Source of the DNA: Selaginella moellendorffii
Taxonomy: Eukaryota; Plantae; Lycopodiophyta
Direction: 5' to 3'
Assembly: GCF_000143415.4 (NCBI RefSeq)
Contig: NW_003314363.1
Location: 434,001 to 498,000 of the forward strand
Length of the DNA stretch: 64,000 nucleotides
The stretch's first letter is position 1. Each line of letters begins with the position of its first letter. Both the position numbers and the translations under genes were made by a program. Below, piece after piece: positions 12,481-25,649 of this stretch. The notes under the pieces are model-generated. The model worked only from the letters and a program-made list of their open reading frames with translations, was not told where the DNA came from and ran no database searches.

Positions 12481-13194
12481 CAAATACTAATATAAATCGT
12501 GGGGTGAAAGCCTAAAACGTGTCTCCCTGGATGGGGGCGCTGCAAAGGGTTCCAAAACTATAGTAGGGATAGTGAGGTCTAGGAATCAGTCTTAAAGGAA
12601 CTTTCTAGTGGTGCTTCCAAACTGACTTGAGGTTGAAGTTGGGGTTGCGGGGCCTTGGGTGAGGGTGAGCATGGATTCGGGTGGTGCCAAAGGGGCCACT
12701 CAAGGAAGTGCTCAAGAGTAACTCCCACTCCTAGGAGGGAAATCAACTGCAGTGCTCCCGACTCATACGGGGTGGTGCCCCACTTAACTACCTTGTGGCT
12801 CATTGATCCTCACCCTTCTTAGGGGCTTGGGCCTTTCCCCCGGGATGAAAGTGGGGGAGTAGAGGTACCCATACCGGGCTATTAGGTTATGGTGTTTCCC
12901 CCGTAGTGTCCCAAAGCAAGTGTTGCACCTAAGGATTGGGATTTAGAGGGTCCCATGATCAAATCTTATGTGAGACACAAAATCCCTAGGCCCCAAAGTA
13001 GAGCCGGAAAGGGCACCACGTGGTAGTGGCTGAAGCGAGAGCCAAACGAGCGTAACACGTTTGGACCAAAAGCTCCGACTTGAAAAGTCAAGAGCGGGAG
13101 TGGAACTCCCAACGAAGTGCTCGAGGAACGAGCACGAAGCGAGCAAAAGGCGAGGCTCCAAAAAGGGACCCAAAAGGACCAACACATGACACGT

Positions 13195-13748
13195 GGGAGT
13201 GTCCGAGATGGACTCGAGTTGGAGTCCGAAGTGGAGTCCGAGATGGACCCGAGTTGGAGTCCGAAGTGGAGTCCGAGATGGACCCGAGTTGGAGTCCGAA
13301 GTGGAGTCCGAGATGGACCCGAGTTGGAGTCCGAAGTGGAGTCCGAGATGGACCCGAGATGGAGTCCGAGATGGAGTCCGAAGTGGAGTCCGAGGTGGAC
13401 CCGAGATGGACCCGAGTTGGAGTCCGAAGTGGAGTCCGAGATGGACCCGAGATGGAGTCCGAGATGGAGTCCGAGATGGAGTCCGAGGTGGACCCGAGAT
13501 GGACCCGAAATGGAGTCCGAGATGGAGTCCGAGATGGACCCGAGATGGAGTCCGAGATGGAGTCCGAGATGGACCCGAGATGGACCCAAGATGGAGTTCG
13601 AGATGGAGTCCGAGATGGACCCGAGATGGAGTCCGAGATGGAGTCCGAGATGGACCCGAGATGGACCCAAGATGGAGTCCGAGATGGAGTCTGAGATGGA
13701 GTCCGAGATGGAGTCCGAAGTCGAGACTGAGACCGGGACCGAGACCGG

Positions 13749-13780
<32 letters not shown>

Positions 13781-13890
13781 TCGGGACCGAGACCGAGACC
13801 GAGGCCGAGGCCGAGACCGAGCCCGAGCCCGAGTCCGAGTCCGAATCCGAGTCCGAGTCCGAGTCCGAGTCCAAGTCCGAGTCCGGAGCC
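13195..13890. repeat. Compound CCGAG-core minisatellite: 11/12-mers in higher-order units grading into hexamers
   Basis: Units GGACCCGAG(T/A)T, GGAGTCCGAAGT and GGAGTCCGAGAT, followed by (CCGAGA)n, (CCGAGG)n, (CCGAGC)n and (CCGAGT)n. Confidence 0.95.
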
Positions 13891-16264
13891 TGAGAGGGTG
13901 AAAGCCCAAAGCGTTCGTCTCCCAGACCCTGGGGGGTTTGGTGAGCTCCAAAAGTATAGTAGGGGGAGGACTGCAGTGGAGCTAGTTTGGCCAGGAAAGG
14001 CCAGTTTGGCCCAGGAAGGCCGGACCCAGTGTTGGGTGATGAGCTGCCCACTGGGAAGTCCAAGACTAGAGTGAACACGGACCGACAAGCGGGGTAGCTT
14101 GGTGAAGTGTTCAAGAGCTGGCTCTAGTTCCCCCGGGAGATCGACTGGCCGATGCTCCCAGTCCAAGTGTGGGTGGCACTACCTACTTGGATACCAGGCG
14201 TGGCTCAACGGAACCTCGCTCTAAGCCCATGGCTAGAGCACCCAAGGGCAGAAGGCGAGGAGAGTACCCAGGTGGCTCGCGTAAGGCCACGGTGTTCCGA
14301 AATGTTGTCCCAAAGGCCCAGACTGTGGAAAGGAAGAGGAGCGGACACAGTCGTGTGGTGAGGAAGTCCCAGAGGACCGTGGGACTTAGTGGTCGGGCCT
14401 GTGGGTCTCGATCCAGTGGCAGTGTTGGCAAACACGGCCAGGGGCAGAAAGGGACATAGTGGGAACTGACAGAGGGATATTGAGGAAGGCTATTCCCCTT
14501 GTCGGTGGGCATCCTAAGGATGCTAAGGAGTGGATCTAAGATGACCACTCACGGATGGTTTGCCTAGTCTTGGAGAGCCAAGACGGTGATGCAAGTGGTA
14601 TTGGACTACCAGTGTGGCAAAGGTGATTGGGCATGGCCTTAGCGTAACGGGCTGCTATGTCGGTGGTACCTCTGAGTGTCGGTCATGGGATCGGACACGT
14701 GGAGCACTTGGACCAAGTGCAAATGTTAAATGGCATGGATGCCATTCTCGGGGCTAGCAAGTCCCAAGTCCTGGATTGGACTTATAGAGGTTGTGAATGA
14801 GACTCCTCCAAGTGGTCAGAGATGTGGTTAAGTGACTAAAGTAGAATGGAAAATTTAGTCGCTTACATCTTATTGTACCAATGGATGTTAGGAATTTGAA
14901 GGCTTGGTGTGCTTGGCTGCTTGTGCCTGTGGGGAATCTAACCGAACCTTAAATCTAATTTAACCTAGAAAGGGGGATTTAGAGAGAATTTGGGAATTTG
15001 TAGATGGATGGCTAACACTCTATTGTTCATGCAATGAGTTGTTAAAACCAAGTAAGACCAAATAAGAGATGGGAATCTTAGTGAACGAATTTAACTAAAA
15101 CCAAGGCCGTGGTGGTCGGATAAACGAAGTAAGCTAGCAAAGTGGAAAGAAAAAATTTGTAATTTATAATTTGGTATCGAAGCATTTTCCTCAGTTCTAG
15201 CAAAGGATAAAAATGGATTGCTAAGAGATGGCAAAAGTAGGGCTAAAAAAAACCAAAGCGGAGATGAAACTTCCTCCAGAGTTAAAGCCTCCGATCAAAC
15301 AAGAGACTAGGGATGAAGAATCCTTGCATAAAGAGGACTCCAGTAAGGAAATTTCTAAACAGGAGTTCAGTGGTAAAGTTCAATCATCCAAGGCTCGATT
15401 AAACATTTTAGAAGGACAATTGGCATAGACTAATGCCTTGTTAGAGATTATTGTACACAAGTTAAAGCATAACAAAAAGCGAAAGAAAAAGCAAAAAATT
15501 GCAAATGCTAACAGTGTAGAATGTATGGACAGTCATAAGTTGGGCTCTAACCACGGCCTTCCATCGACTGGCGGTGGGCATGAGCTACACATACCTGGAA
15601 CCAGCCCCAAGTACCTGCGCTGCAACAGCATAAGAAGAGGCTGAGTGGGCTTATTATTTGTACTAGTAAAACTGCCCAGCAAAGCAAATTCTGGGCGGTT
15701 GGCAAAGTCTTCCACCATAGGAATTATTTCAGAAGAGCGCATGCAAGACTTTACCAAAATGGATCCACGCTTGATCTTCTTCCAGAAGTTTGGACTTACA
15801 TGATAAAAAGTAGCCACCTTGAAACACACTGGTCTCCTTGTTGGAAGTTCCTTTTTAATCAGTTTCTTGTCCCCGATGGAGAAAAACTCACTTTTAGTCA
15901 CACTATCAAATGTCACTAAAAGAACATACACTCAAAGGTCTAGAGGAGTGAAGTTCTGATCGTCGACCCCAGGGGGATGCAGTCTAAAGAGCCGACAGAA
16001 ACAAAACTCTACCGATGCCACGGCCGTCCAGCGCGCGCTATGAGATCCATGCCTGCGCCTGTCTAAATCCGTCGCCACTTGATCGCTTAGCATCCTTGAT
16101 CTTGTCCCAAGAAAAATGGCCTAAAGTTTCAAGCCCTAGAAGGAGGAAGATCTGTTGCAAGGTGAGAATTTTCTGTGTTGTTGATTGTCTTCTCACTCAA
16201 GGTATGTGTTGAATTTCTTTCTCTCTAATTTCAACCAGAGAGAGAAAAGAAAAAAGATGTACAG

Positions 16265-17566
16265 CCGAAGGGGGAAGGCCCTACGGCGCTCAAGGTGTTG
16301 TTGAATTTCTTTCTTTTGATTTTTCTCTAATTTTGCTTTTTGTTTTTGTTTTTCAGCCGAATCGGGAAAATCTGGGGAAGCTTACCATTGGACCTTCAGA
16401 TGCATATACTATCTTTGTTACCAGTGGAAGACATAGTGTGGTCGCATTTGGTTTGCAAACAATGGGATTCTCTGCTAAATGATCCACATTTCAAAGCATT
16501 ATGGGCCCGAAACAGCTGCTACAGAACACCTACTTTCGTATTGCTGCAGGAAGGAACTAACACAGAACTTTTAAAACAGCGAACTCGCTACTACAAATAT
16601 CCTTCAGGGCCTTACAGGTTGCAAGATTTACCTCGCGGTTGGGACTCCTGGCTTACACCGGAAGGTTCAGAACTATTCTTGTCCGCAGGTGGCCTGGTCG
16701 TATGCATCATCGAGGAGAATTACGAGACACGTTTCTTCGTTGGGAACCCGCTAACGCAACAATGGGTGACCGTACCTGCACTTAAAACTTCAGCACAGTG
16801 TCGCCGGTCGTTCATGCTGATCCCGTACATGAGTGAAGGCTTGATGTTCTTCAGGATTGCGATTGACCCATATTTGTTCGACTCCAAAGTGGGGATTTGG
16901 ACACTTCCTCCCTATCAAACCATGTGGACGTCGTCCTCCAACACGTTGCACATACAAGGAGTGCAATACGGTCTTGGGATTTGTAAGCAGCACAGTGCAG
17001 TTGTGCTGCTGGAGATTGATGATCTGGGAGCTCTTAGCGAATCGAAGTGGCTGTGGGCCTGGGACGTGGATACACTTCGGTCGTTATCTTACAAGTACAT
17101 GCTCGAAATTGGCGGTGAGATTGGGATACTCGTTGCAACGATAGATTGGGAGGTCGTGGTTTTGGTGCTGGACAGGAAGAGTGGTAAAGAATGGAGCTGG
17201 AGGAAAGTCTCAACATTACCCAAACACTTCTACAGGCACTTGCACGACTACGTGCCTTTGTTTGACAGCAGGACATGTTGTACACATGGCAATCTTACGT
17301 TCTTGTGCGTAGGGATGCAGGTTCTGGTATTTGATTCCCAACGCATGACATGGGAGCTGGTTGGGAAACGTTTGTTGCGTACAATGGAGCTGCTTGTTTG
17401 GGTGCCCGACTTCACAGCTGTCCCAAATGTTAACACACCCAGCGAGAAGTTGAAGCAAAGTTGTGCCAGCAAATATCCAGGGGGCAGCTTTTATATTACA
17501 CCTGGAACGTTCTCAGGTGAAGAGAAGCATGTGTGGTTATTGATTTGTACTTGTCGAATTTTCTAG
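16265..17566 (+). CDS. F-box protein gene copy B; original start exon deleted, frame open, first ATG at 16400
   Basis: IWGSLPLDLQMHILSLLPVEDIVWSHLVCKQW, near-identical to copy A. The segment carrying the acceptor and ATG (ttaaaagatggaggcc...) is missing at ~16197. Confidence 0.75.
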
Positions 17567-17784
17567 AGGTGGAGGCTCTTTCAAAGCGTGGGATGCCATG
17601 GCAACAGATTGGAGAGGTCGCAGTTGATCGGAACAAAGGTAACCGTACCATTTTTTTGTGTGTGATTTCCTTGTTAACAAAGCGTTTGGGCAGCGGTATT
17701 TACGCTACATTTGATTGCTTAAATGAGGTTTTTTAAATTATTATTTGAGAAAACCGGCATAAGCGCTGAGATCTTTGTGCCATA

Positions 17785-20700
17785 ATGATCATAGCAAAAT
17801 TGTTTGCTGTAGCTTTGAAGTTTTGGTTTTGTCTGCCAGCATACTATACTCTAATACTGCGCTCATTTGCTTTGTTAGAAGGTACCTTATCATCCGTTAC
17901 AGGAAATTCATTCCATATCTGCAGGAACAGCACCGGCAACTTTAAGTTTTTTAAGAAAACATACACATTTCAATCGTCAATGGTCAATCGTCTTCTTTCA
18001 AATAGTTGGAGATGAATCTTGTGAACAGTAATTTGCTTTAGTCTGACGGTGAAATTTTGTGCACAGCTGCTTCTTACAAATAAAAAGCCACCCAATCGCT
18101 CGAAAGAATCTGTCCACTCTTCAAGCAACGGCTTGGAAGTGGTTCGTGAAAGAAAAGCAGAGCAAGAACAATGGATTTCACTTCAACACACACATTGATT
18201 CATGTATGGCTGTATATATATACAACTTCAATCAAATCGGAAATCACCAGAGATCTGATCACAATTCGGAATCCTATTGCTTGTTGTGTTCATCATTATT
18301 CCTACACTCCCCCTTCATGCTGAGGGCGCTTGACACTCCAAGTTGATTCCTCAGCTTGATGAATGTGAGCTCCAAAAGTGGCTTGATTAGAAGGTCTGCC
18401 AACTGATACTGTGAAGGAATGTATTCCAGGTGAAGATCTCCAGCTGCTACATGTTAGTGAATGAAGTGATGCTGCACGTCTATATGTTTTGTATGAGCAT
18501 AAAACACAGGATTCTTTGACATGGCGATTGCACTTCTGCTTTCACAATGCAGAATGGTCACATCTGATTGCTGTTGATGGAGTTCTCCAAGTAATCGATA
18601 AAGCCAGATGATCTCCCTTGCTGCTGTACTGGCAGCTACATACTCTGCTTCTGCACTGGAAAGAGCAACTGTCATTTGCTTCTTGCTTCCCCATGAAACC
18701 GAAGCACTAGCAATTATGCAACAAATTCCGGAGGTTGAATGTCGTGTATCCAACCAGCCCAATTTGCATTGCAGTAAGCTTGAAGAACAAGTTTGGACTG
18801 ACTTGAGCATTTGTAAACCAATCCATGAGCAACTGTTCTTTTCAAATACCTCAAAACTCTCTTTGCCATCTGCCAATGATCGGAGACTGCATGTATTGGC
18901 TGAGGAGACCAATGGCAAAGGAGATGTTGGGGCGAGTCATATTGGCAAGGTAGAGTAGTTCTCCAACAAGTGATCGGTAGATCGAGGGCTGATCAAATAA
19001 ATCATCCATCTTGCTTGTGAACTTGATGCCGGTGATGACTGGTGTAGCCACGGATTTGCAACTTGTCATGTTGAACTGGTTGAGAAGCTTCTTCATATAT
19101 CGGCGCTGTGTGAGGGTGATTATCCTGTCTGCTTCATCCCTGTCAACTTCCATCCCTAACAGTTGCCACACAGCTCCTAAGTCCTTTATCACAAATCTGT
19201 CCATGAGCTTGATCTTCACATCCTTCAAAAAAGTGTCATTGCTATTGACAATCAAATAGTCGTCCACATAAATTGCCATCATAACAAAGTGATCACCCTG
19301 CTGAAGAAGATATGGATTTCCATTGCTGTTCAACCTCTGTATACTGAGACCCGTAAGAAAAGAATCCAAACATTCATACCATTGATGGGAAGCTTGCTTA
19401 AGGCCATAAAGAGCCTTGTGAAGCTTGCAGACAAGTTTAGTACCGTGATCCAAAAAACTCAAAGCCTGGGGGGTTGCCGCATAAATATCTCCTCCTTCAA
19501 GTTCCCATTAAGGAAGGCTGTTTTTACGTCCATGTGATTTATGCGTAAACCAAAGTCTACTGAAAAAGCTAGAAGTGTTCTAATACTTGTCTGCTTCACA
19601 ATTGGTGAGAATGTCTCATCAAAATCCACTCCAGGAACTTGTGAATATCCTTGAGCAACAAGTCTTGCCTTGTAACGCTGAACTAATCCATCAGGATTTC
19701 TATGAAGCTTGAACACCCAGCGTGATCTGACAACTTCATGTCCTTCAAGAGCTTCCACCAAGTCATAAGTCTGGTTCTCATCAAAAGAATTCAACTCATC
19801 TTGCATTGCTGAAATCCACTTATCTGCATCAGGAGCTTGAATCACCTACTCAAAGTTGACTGGTTCAAAAGCTATTTCTATTGCTACAAAAGACCATTGC
19901 TTGGGATGAGGTGCTCTGCTTGATCGTCTAGATGATGTCTGCCCATAGTTCTCCATGTTGAATGGTAGATCATGTGTGAGCCTGTTGACTTCTCCAATTC
20001 GTACATGATGAGTAGCATCACCTTGTTCTTTAGGAAGAAAAGATCCACAGACTAGTGTTGGATGGTTGTCTACTAAAGGAGATGAGGGATAGATGATTGT
20101 CAGATCATCGTCATCTTCATCATCTTCAACGACATCCCAACTCCATTCTTCCGAAGTCCAATTCACATTTTGATCTGAGCTTCCTTCTTCTTGAACACGA
20201 TCTTTGTAGAGTGTTCCTTCATCAAAACAAATGTCAGTGCTTACAAAAATTTGATGATTACCAGGCTGGTACAGCTGATAGCCTTTTGAATTGGAGTCAT
20301 ATCCAACAAGAAAGGCCAACTTGCTTCTGCTCTCCAACTTGCCGAGATGCTTATCAACCCTTTTTGCAAAGCTTAAACAACCAAAATGCTTGAGATGCAC
20401 CATTGATTGTCTTTGACCAGTCCAAAACTCTTCTGGGATCTTGTTGGGATTGTGAGAATGAGGGAGGAGGTTTTAAACGTGCACAGCTGATCCGACTGCT
20501 TCAGCCTAGAGGAATTTTGGTAGTCCTAATTCTTGAAGGAAGCACTGAACTGCATTCATGATTGTCCTGTTCTTGCGCTCAAAGACTCCATTCTGTTGAG
20601 GGGTATGAGAGCAAGAGCGCTGATGAAGAATTCCTTTTTCAGCATAGAACTGCTGAAAGGACTTGTTGACGTATTCCCCTCTTGAATCAGTATGTAAACA

Positions 20701-23043
20701 ACCAACCCTCTGACCAGTTTTCACTTTGGCTTCTGCTACAAATTGCTTGAATTTGCTGAAGACTTCATCTTTGTGATGAAGAAAGAAGACGTCTATGTGC
20801 CTGGAAAAATCATCTATAAACATCACAAAATCCTTCATGCCATTCTGAGCAAACAGTCGCATGGGTCCACAAACATCTGAGTGAAAAGGGATGAGTGCTT
20901 CTGATCATAGCAGGTTTGAAAGTACGATGGGTTTTCTTGCCGAGAATGCAAATGTGACATTTCACTGAACTTTGAAAAACATGGTTGTTGAAGCCATCCA
21001 CAAGATCCTGCTTCTGCATACGCCTGATGAGAGGGGGATTGGCATGTGCAAGTCGAGCATGCCAGAGAGAACTATCTACAGTCATACATATCTTAGGAGC
21101 ATTTGATTTTTCTCCAGAGGCTATCTCCTTCTCAAACAGGTTACATCTGGGAAAATGCAGTAATGGACAATCATTTGCAAGAACTTGACATTGATGTTTG
21201 GAGAAATTCACATCCAAACCTTCATCCGTAAGTTTGGCTATAGAAACCAGATTCTTCACTATCTTTGGAACATACCACACATTCTTCAAGAGTAGAGACT
21301 TTCTTCCCAATGGAACTCGCACATCCCCAGTTGCACGAACAGGTAAAATGCTTCCATCTCCCACACGAATGCACTTCCCTTTTGCAGCACGCAATTGCAC
21401 AAAGTTTGACCAGCTTTGCATCAGGTGTCTCTCTAAACCTGAATCGATGGTCAGTTTTTCAGAAACGTTTGGAACTACTACCTCAGATGATGCCACAAGT
21501 TCTTGTGGTTCCCCTTCCTGAGCATTTGCTGTGAGCCCTATGTTCATGCGCTGTAGCCAAGCTGCAACTGGGCAATCCTTGGAGTAGTGTCCTAGCATCC
21601 CATAGGTCCAGCATTCCTGTTTGTTCTTGCCCACAAAACAATCTCGAACTGCTGCTTCTTTCCTAGAATTCCCTGAATTCTGCTGCTGCTGCAGATTTCC
21701 CCTAAACCCGTGACCTCTACCTCGTCCTCCTCTTCTGCGGCCTCCTCTGCCTCGTGATTTCCAGCCCATAGAGCTGAATTAGTCCCTGACTGATTGCTTG
21801 ATGCATAAACATTTGATGTAGACTGTGAGATCAAAACATGGGAAGGCCTCTGATCAAAGTCCACAATCAAACCTCTCACAGCCAGCCCCAAGCGTAAAGT
21901 TTGCTCAACTTGTTCAAAGTTGAGCGACATCATGCAAACGGTAGGGACAAAAGAACTAAAAGAAGAATCTTGCATGGCCTCGCAAAGCGCTAGAACTTTC
22001 TTGCTTTCATTGAACGCCGCTAGACTACCTTCAAGCTCCATCCACAGATCTTGCATCTTGGTGAGGAACTCTTCAAAGTTCTCACCTAGATGAAAATGGG
22101 TCTCACGAATGCAAGTCTTGACCATGCTGATCTTGGAAAGGGAAAGAACAGCATACTTGTTGTGAAGATGAGCCCAGATCTCACAAGCACTCTTATGACA
22201 CAAATGCAGCATAAAGGCATTTGCAAGCTTAGAAAGAATCAATCCTTTTGCTCGAGATTCCTTCTTCTCCAACACAGCTTGTTCCCCAGGATCAATCTAT
22301 TGTCAAGCTGCTGCAATAGAGGCATGAATTGCCTCTTCATCCATGACTTCTCCTTCCACCGAAGTTGAAGCTCCCAACGCAGCAGGGGCTTGCCACGTAT
22401 GAGCATCTGCAACGATTGTTGGTGGTGAAACGATTTCCCAAAGTTCTTCCATCTACAGCACGTGCATCATTTTCTAAGACCAGGTGTTGAACCCTCTCCT
22501 CCCATCAAAGGCAATGACTCCCTGAAGCAAGATCAATCCAACTTTGCTGCAGCTCATGATGTGAGGCACAAAGAAAGGAGAAGAAAGAATTCAGAAACTG
22601 AGCTCCGATACCAAGTTTATACCAATAAACTGAAGCTGTATATATATACAACTTCAATCAAATTGGAAATCACTAGAGATCTGATCACAATTTGAACTGC
22701 TTCTTATATGAATTGTCTTGCTTGTCGTGTTCATCATTATTCCTACAGTTCATAGTTTCATTTCTTCTCTCCAAAATTACCTTTTGAGTTTACAGATCAC
22801 TGATTGTCTAGGCACCAGACCAAAGGTGGCCCAGCTTCTCACAGATGCATTTTACCTGCATGGCAAGAAGCTGCACGCAAGTGGAGCAATCAAAATTGCC
22901 GTCTCCCATTGCAGGTAGCTGGAGTGCTCAAGAGGCTGCGAAAGACTCCTCTACTCCTGCTAAGAGCCGGATGGACAACAGTGACAGTTAAGGGCTGGGC
23001 GGCAGTGGCCACAACTAGAACAAGCCCCGAATATCCGTGCTGA
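17785..23043 (+). pseudogene. Second decayed ABC1K 3' fragment, split by the copia insertion (17785-18146 and 22748-23043)
   Basis: Same peptides as 7007-7640; the sequence resumes exactly after the element. Confidence 0.85.
18147..22747 (-). mobile_element. Ty1/copia LTR retrotransposon, full-length but decayed
   Basis: TG...CA ends; TSD GTTCG/GTTCA; PBS-Met (reverse complement TGGTATCGGAGC) at 22602-22613; PPT at 18307-18316. Domain order is gag with a degenerate knuckle (CWTYGMLGHYSKDC), protease (IDSG), WHARLAH...CHIC, integrase (PQQNGVFERKNRT), RT (YKARLVAQG, YVDD), RNase H (AEAEYVA, TKHID). Several frameshifts and stops. Confidence 0.95.
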
Positions 23044-23694
23044 ATCAGCATAACAGATGGTTGATGATTGCAGACCTTGAAACCATTCTTCAAGATTTTA
23101 AGGTAGTTAGGGGGTGGTTGGGACCTCAAGAGCATAGGTTAGGTGTTTTTATTTTGTAATTTTAACATTAGTATTAGAGATGCAATGGTGGACCAAGATA
23201 AATGTTAAAAGCCTAATGTAAATGGTGGCTGATGGAGATGTAGAGATTTGAATTATCCATGAAGTTGTTTATGCCCATGCATGGCATGATAATTACTATA
23301 CATGGGCATGTTAAAGTTGAAGATGGTAATGTTCCAAATAAAACTTTTTTGGTGGATCAAACTTAAATTTTTCTAATGATGGTAGAATGTTGACTTGGTT
23401 AGTAAATGTGAAAAAAGTTCTTGGAATTCTAAATGTAAAAGATTAATAATTATTCTAATGGTTTTACATGATGTGAATTTTCAATAGTAAAATTGTTAAG
23501 GATCTATGCTAGTTTAAGGTTACTTTCCATTTACATTTTGCCCCTCAAAAATGGAATGGGAAAATTAAGGGGTAGGATGTTGAAAGGAGGAAAGATTGGG
23601 CAATTTCTAATTGTGAAAATATTGCAAAGACTTTAGCAAGGATTTAGCATATTCAATACCCATGCACAAGCACTAGTTTTGCGATAGCACGTTT

Positions 23695-24563
23695 CTCAAA
23701 TAATAATTTTAAAGAACCTTATTTAAGAAATCAAATGTAGTGTAAATACACCCAAACACTTTGTCACCAAGGAAATCACACACAAGAAACTGCTACGGTT
23801 ACCTTTGTCTGTGACCTCCCCAATCTGTTGCCATGCCATCCCACGCTTTGAAAGAGCCTCCACCTCAAAGAGAGAGAGAGAGAGAGAGAGAGAACACTTC
23901 TCCATCACCTGAGAACATTCCATAGCCGGCATCAAAGCTGCCCCCTTCAACTTCTCGCTGGGCGTGTTAACATTTGGGACGGCTGCGAAGTCAGGCACCC
24001 ACACAAGCAGCCCCATTGTACACAACAAACATTTCCCAAGCTCCCATGTCATGCGTTGGGATTCAAATACCACAACCTGCATCCCTACGCATAAAAACGT
24101 GAGATTGCCATGTGTACAGCATGTCCTGCTGTCAAACAAAGACACAAAGCTGCTCTCCTTGTGGAAGTGTTTGTCGAAGTGTTTGGATAATGTTGAGACT
24201 TTCCTCCAGCCCCATTCTTTACCACTCTTCCTGTCCAGCACCAGAACCACGACCTCCCAATCCCTCGTTGCAGCGAGTAACTTAATCTCACCGCCAATTT
24301 CGAGCATGTACGGGCTAGACAAAGACGGAAGTGTGTCCATGTCCCAGGCCCACAACCACTTCGATTCGCTAAGAGCTCCCAGATCATCAATCTCCAGCAG
24401 CACAACTGCACTGTGCTGCTTACAACACCCAATTGCACTCCTTGTATGTGCAATGTGTTGGAGGAGAACGTCCAGATGGTTTGATAGGGAGGAAGTGTCC
24501 AAATCCCCACTTTGGAGTCGAACAAATATGGGTCAATTGCAATCCTGAAGAACATCGAACCTT
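23695..24563 (-). pseudogene. Inverted F-box C-terminal fragment (duplicate of 8490-9392)
   Basis: Near-identical to 8490-9392. Confidence 0.88.
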
Positions 24564-25649
24564 TGTTGAATCCTTTCGGTGCCTGCATGAGGCTCCTGCA
24601 CAAGCTTGTGGAGGAGCTGCCAAATTTTATGTTGAATTTGCATGGGAGAACTCCACAAGTTTCATGGGGTGGAGACTTGCGATTATGGGAAGTGCCCTCC
24701 AAAAGCCGGACCATTCTACACTACCTTCATTCACGATTCAAGGATAGTCCATACAAGAAGCATCAACAAAGAAACAAAGACTTTCCCTTCCATTCCAGTA
24801 TGGACACTCACAAGCATGGAGGCAGTCGTCTGGAGAAGAAGATGATGCACTATGGTGATTTTCATTATTAAATTATTATTACATGTTTTGACTATGGTTT
24901 ACTTTATAATAGAATATTCCTACTTTTAAAAGAAAGTGTCAAAAAGTTGTCACATTAAAAAATTAACCATTAAAAAATAAACACAACACCATAAAAAGAA
25001 ATAGAAATAGAATTATTCACCTATGCCTTAAAGTTAAGATTTTCAAGTGGTGTTTTCTTCTTCTAGGAACATTGGGCTTTTTCAAAGCTTCTCTATTTAA
25101 CATCATGCTTATTTTGCAACTTCATGAGCTCATTTCTCTTTTTTATGTAGTTTTTAAATATAAAGTCATATCTAACTAAAATGTCCCTTGACACTTAGCC
25201 CATTAGCAATTACCTGTTTTAATAGTTATCAAAAGTGGCTCCTCTATTCTATCTTAATCTCACAATGACTTGTTCATTAATTATGTATTCATGAAATTTA
25301 TTTAATTGTGTAGCTATTTCTAAATATAAAGGATATATGAGTTGGTATCTACTTCATCAAAATCTTTATATATGACAATTATACATTACATTTCTAGATG
25401 TATATAAGTCATTATTAAAATTGAAATTACATCTCAATGATATAAATATTATTTACAAAAATATATTACTTTTGTGAGTGTATGGAATATGGAAATAGAA
25501 TATAGAAATGTGCATATTAATCAACCCAAAAACCCTAGTTTATATATAGGAGCGAGTAAAACCAATCTAATAGCTATAAAAATCCCACTACACTAATATT
25601 AATATATGGTATTGTAATTATACACTTGAACCTCATATCATCCCCTCAA

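Larger units (their letters stand above)
12100..15530 (+). mobile_element. LTR-retrotransposon-derived segment separating the two duplicate copies
   Basis: PPT-like GAAGGGGAATA (~12100); inverted termini TGTAAG (12126) and CTTACA (14867); Met-tRNA PBS-like TGGTATCGAAGC at 15172-15183 followed by a short broken ORF from 15228. No TSD found. Confidence 0.5.

Noticed and set aside
13195-13720. Regularly spaced repeats resembling a CRISPR array
   Set aside because: No unique spacers, no cas genes, and a eukaryotic context.
12111-14166. Long ORFs on both strands (SD/SE-, RS-, GL- and WSPR-repeat proteins)
   Set aside because: They arise because the CCGAG satellite has almost no stop codons in any frame; there is no independent coding evidence.
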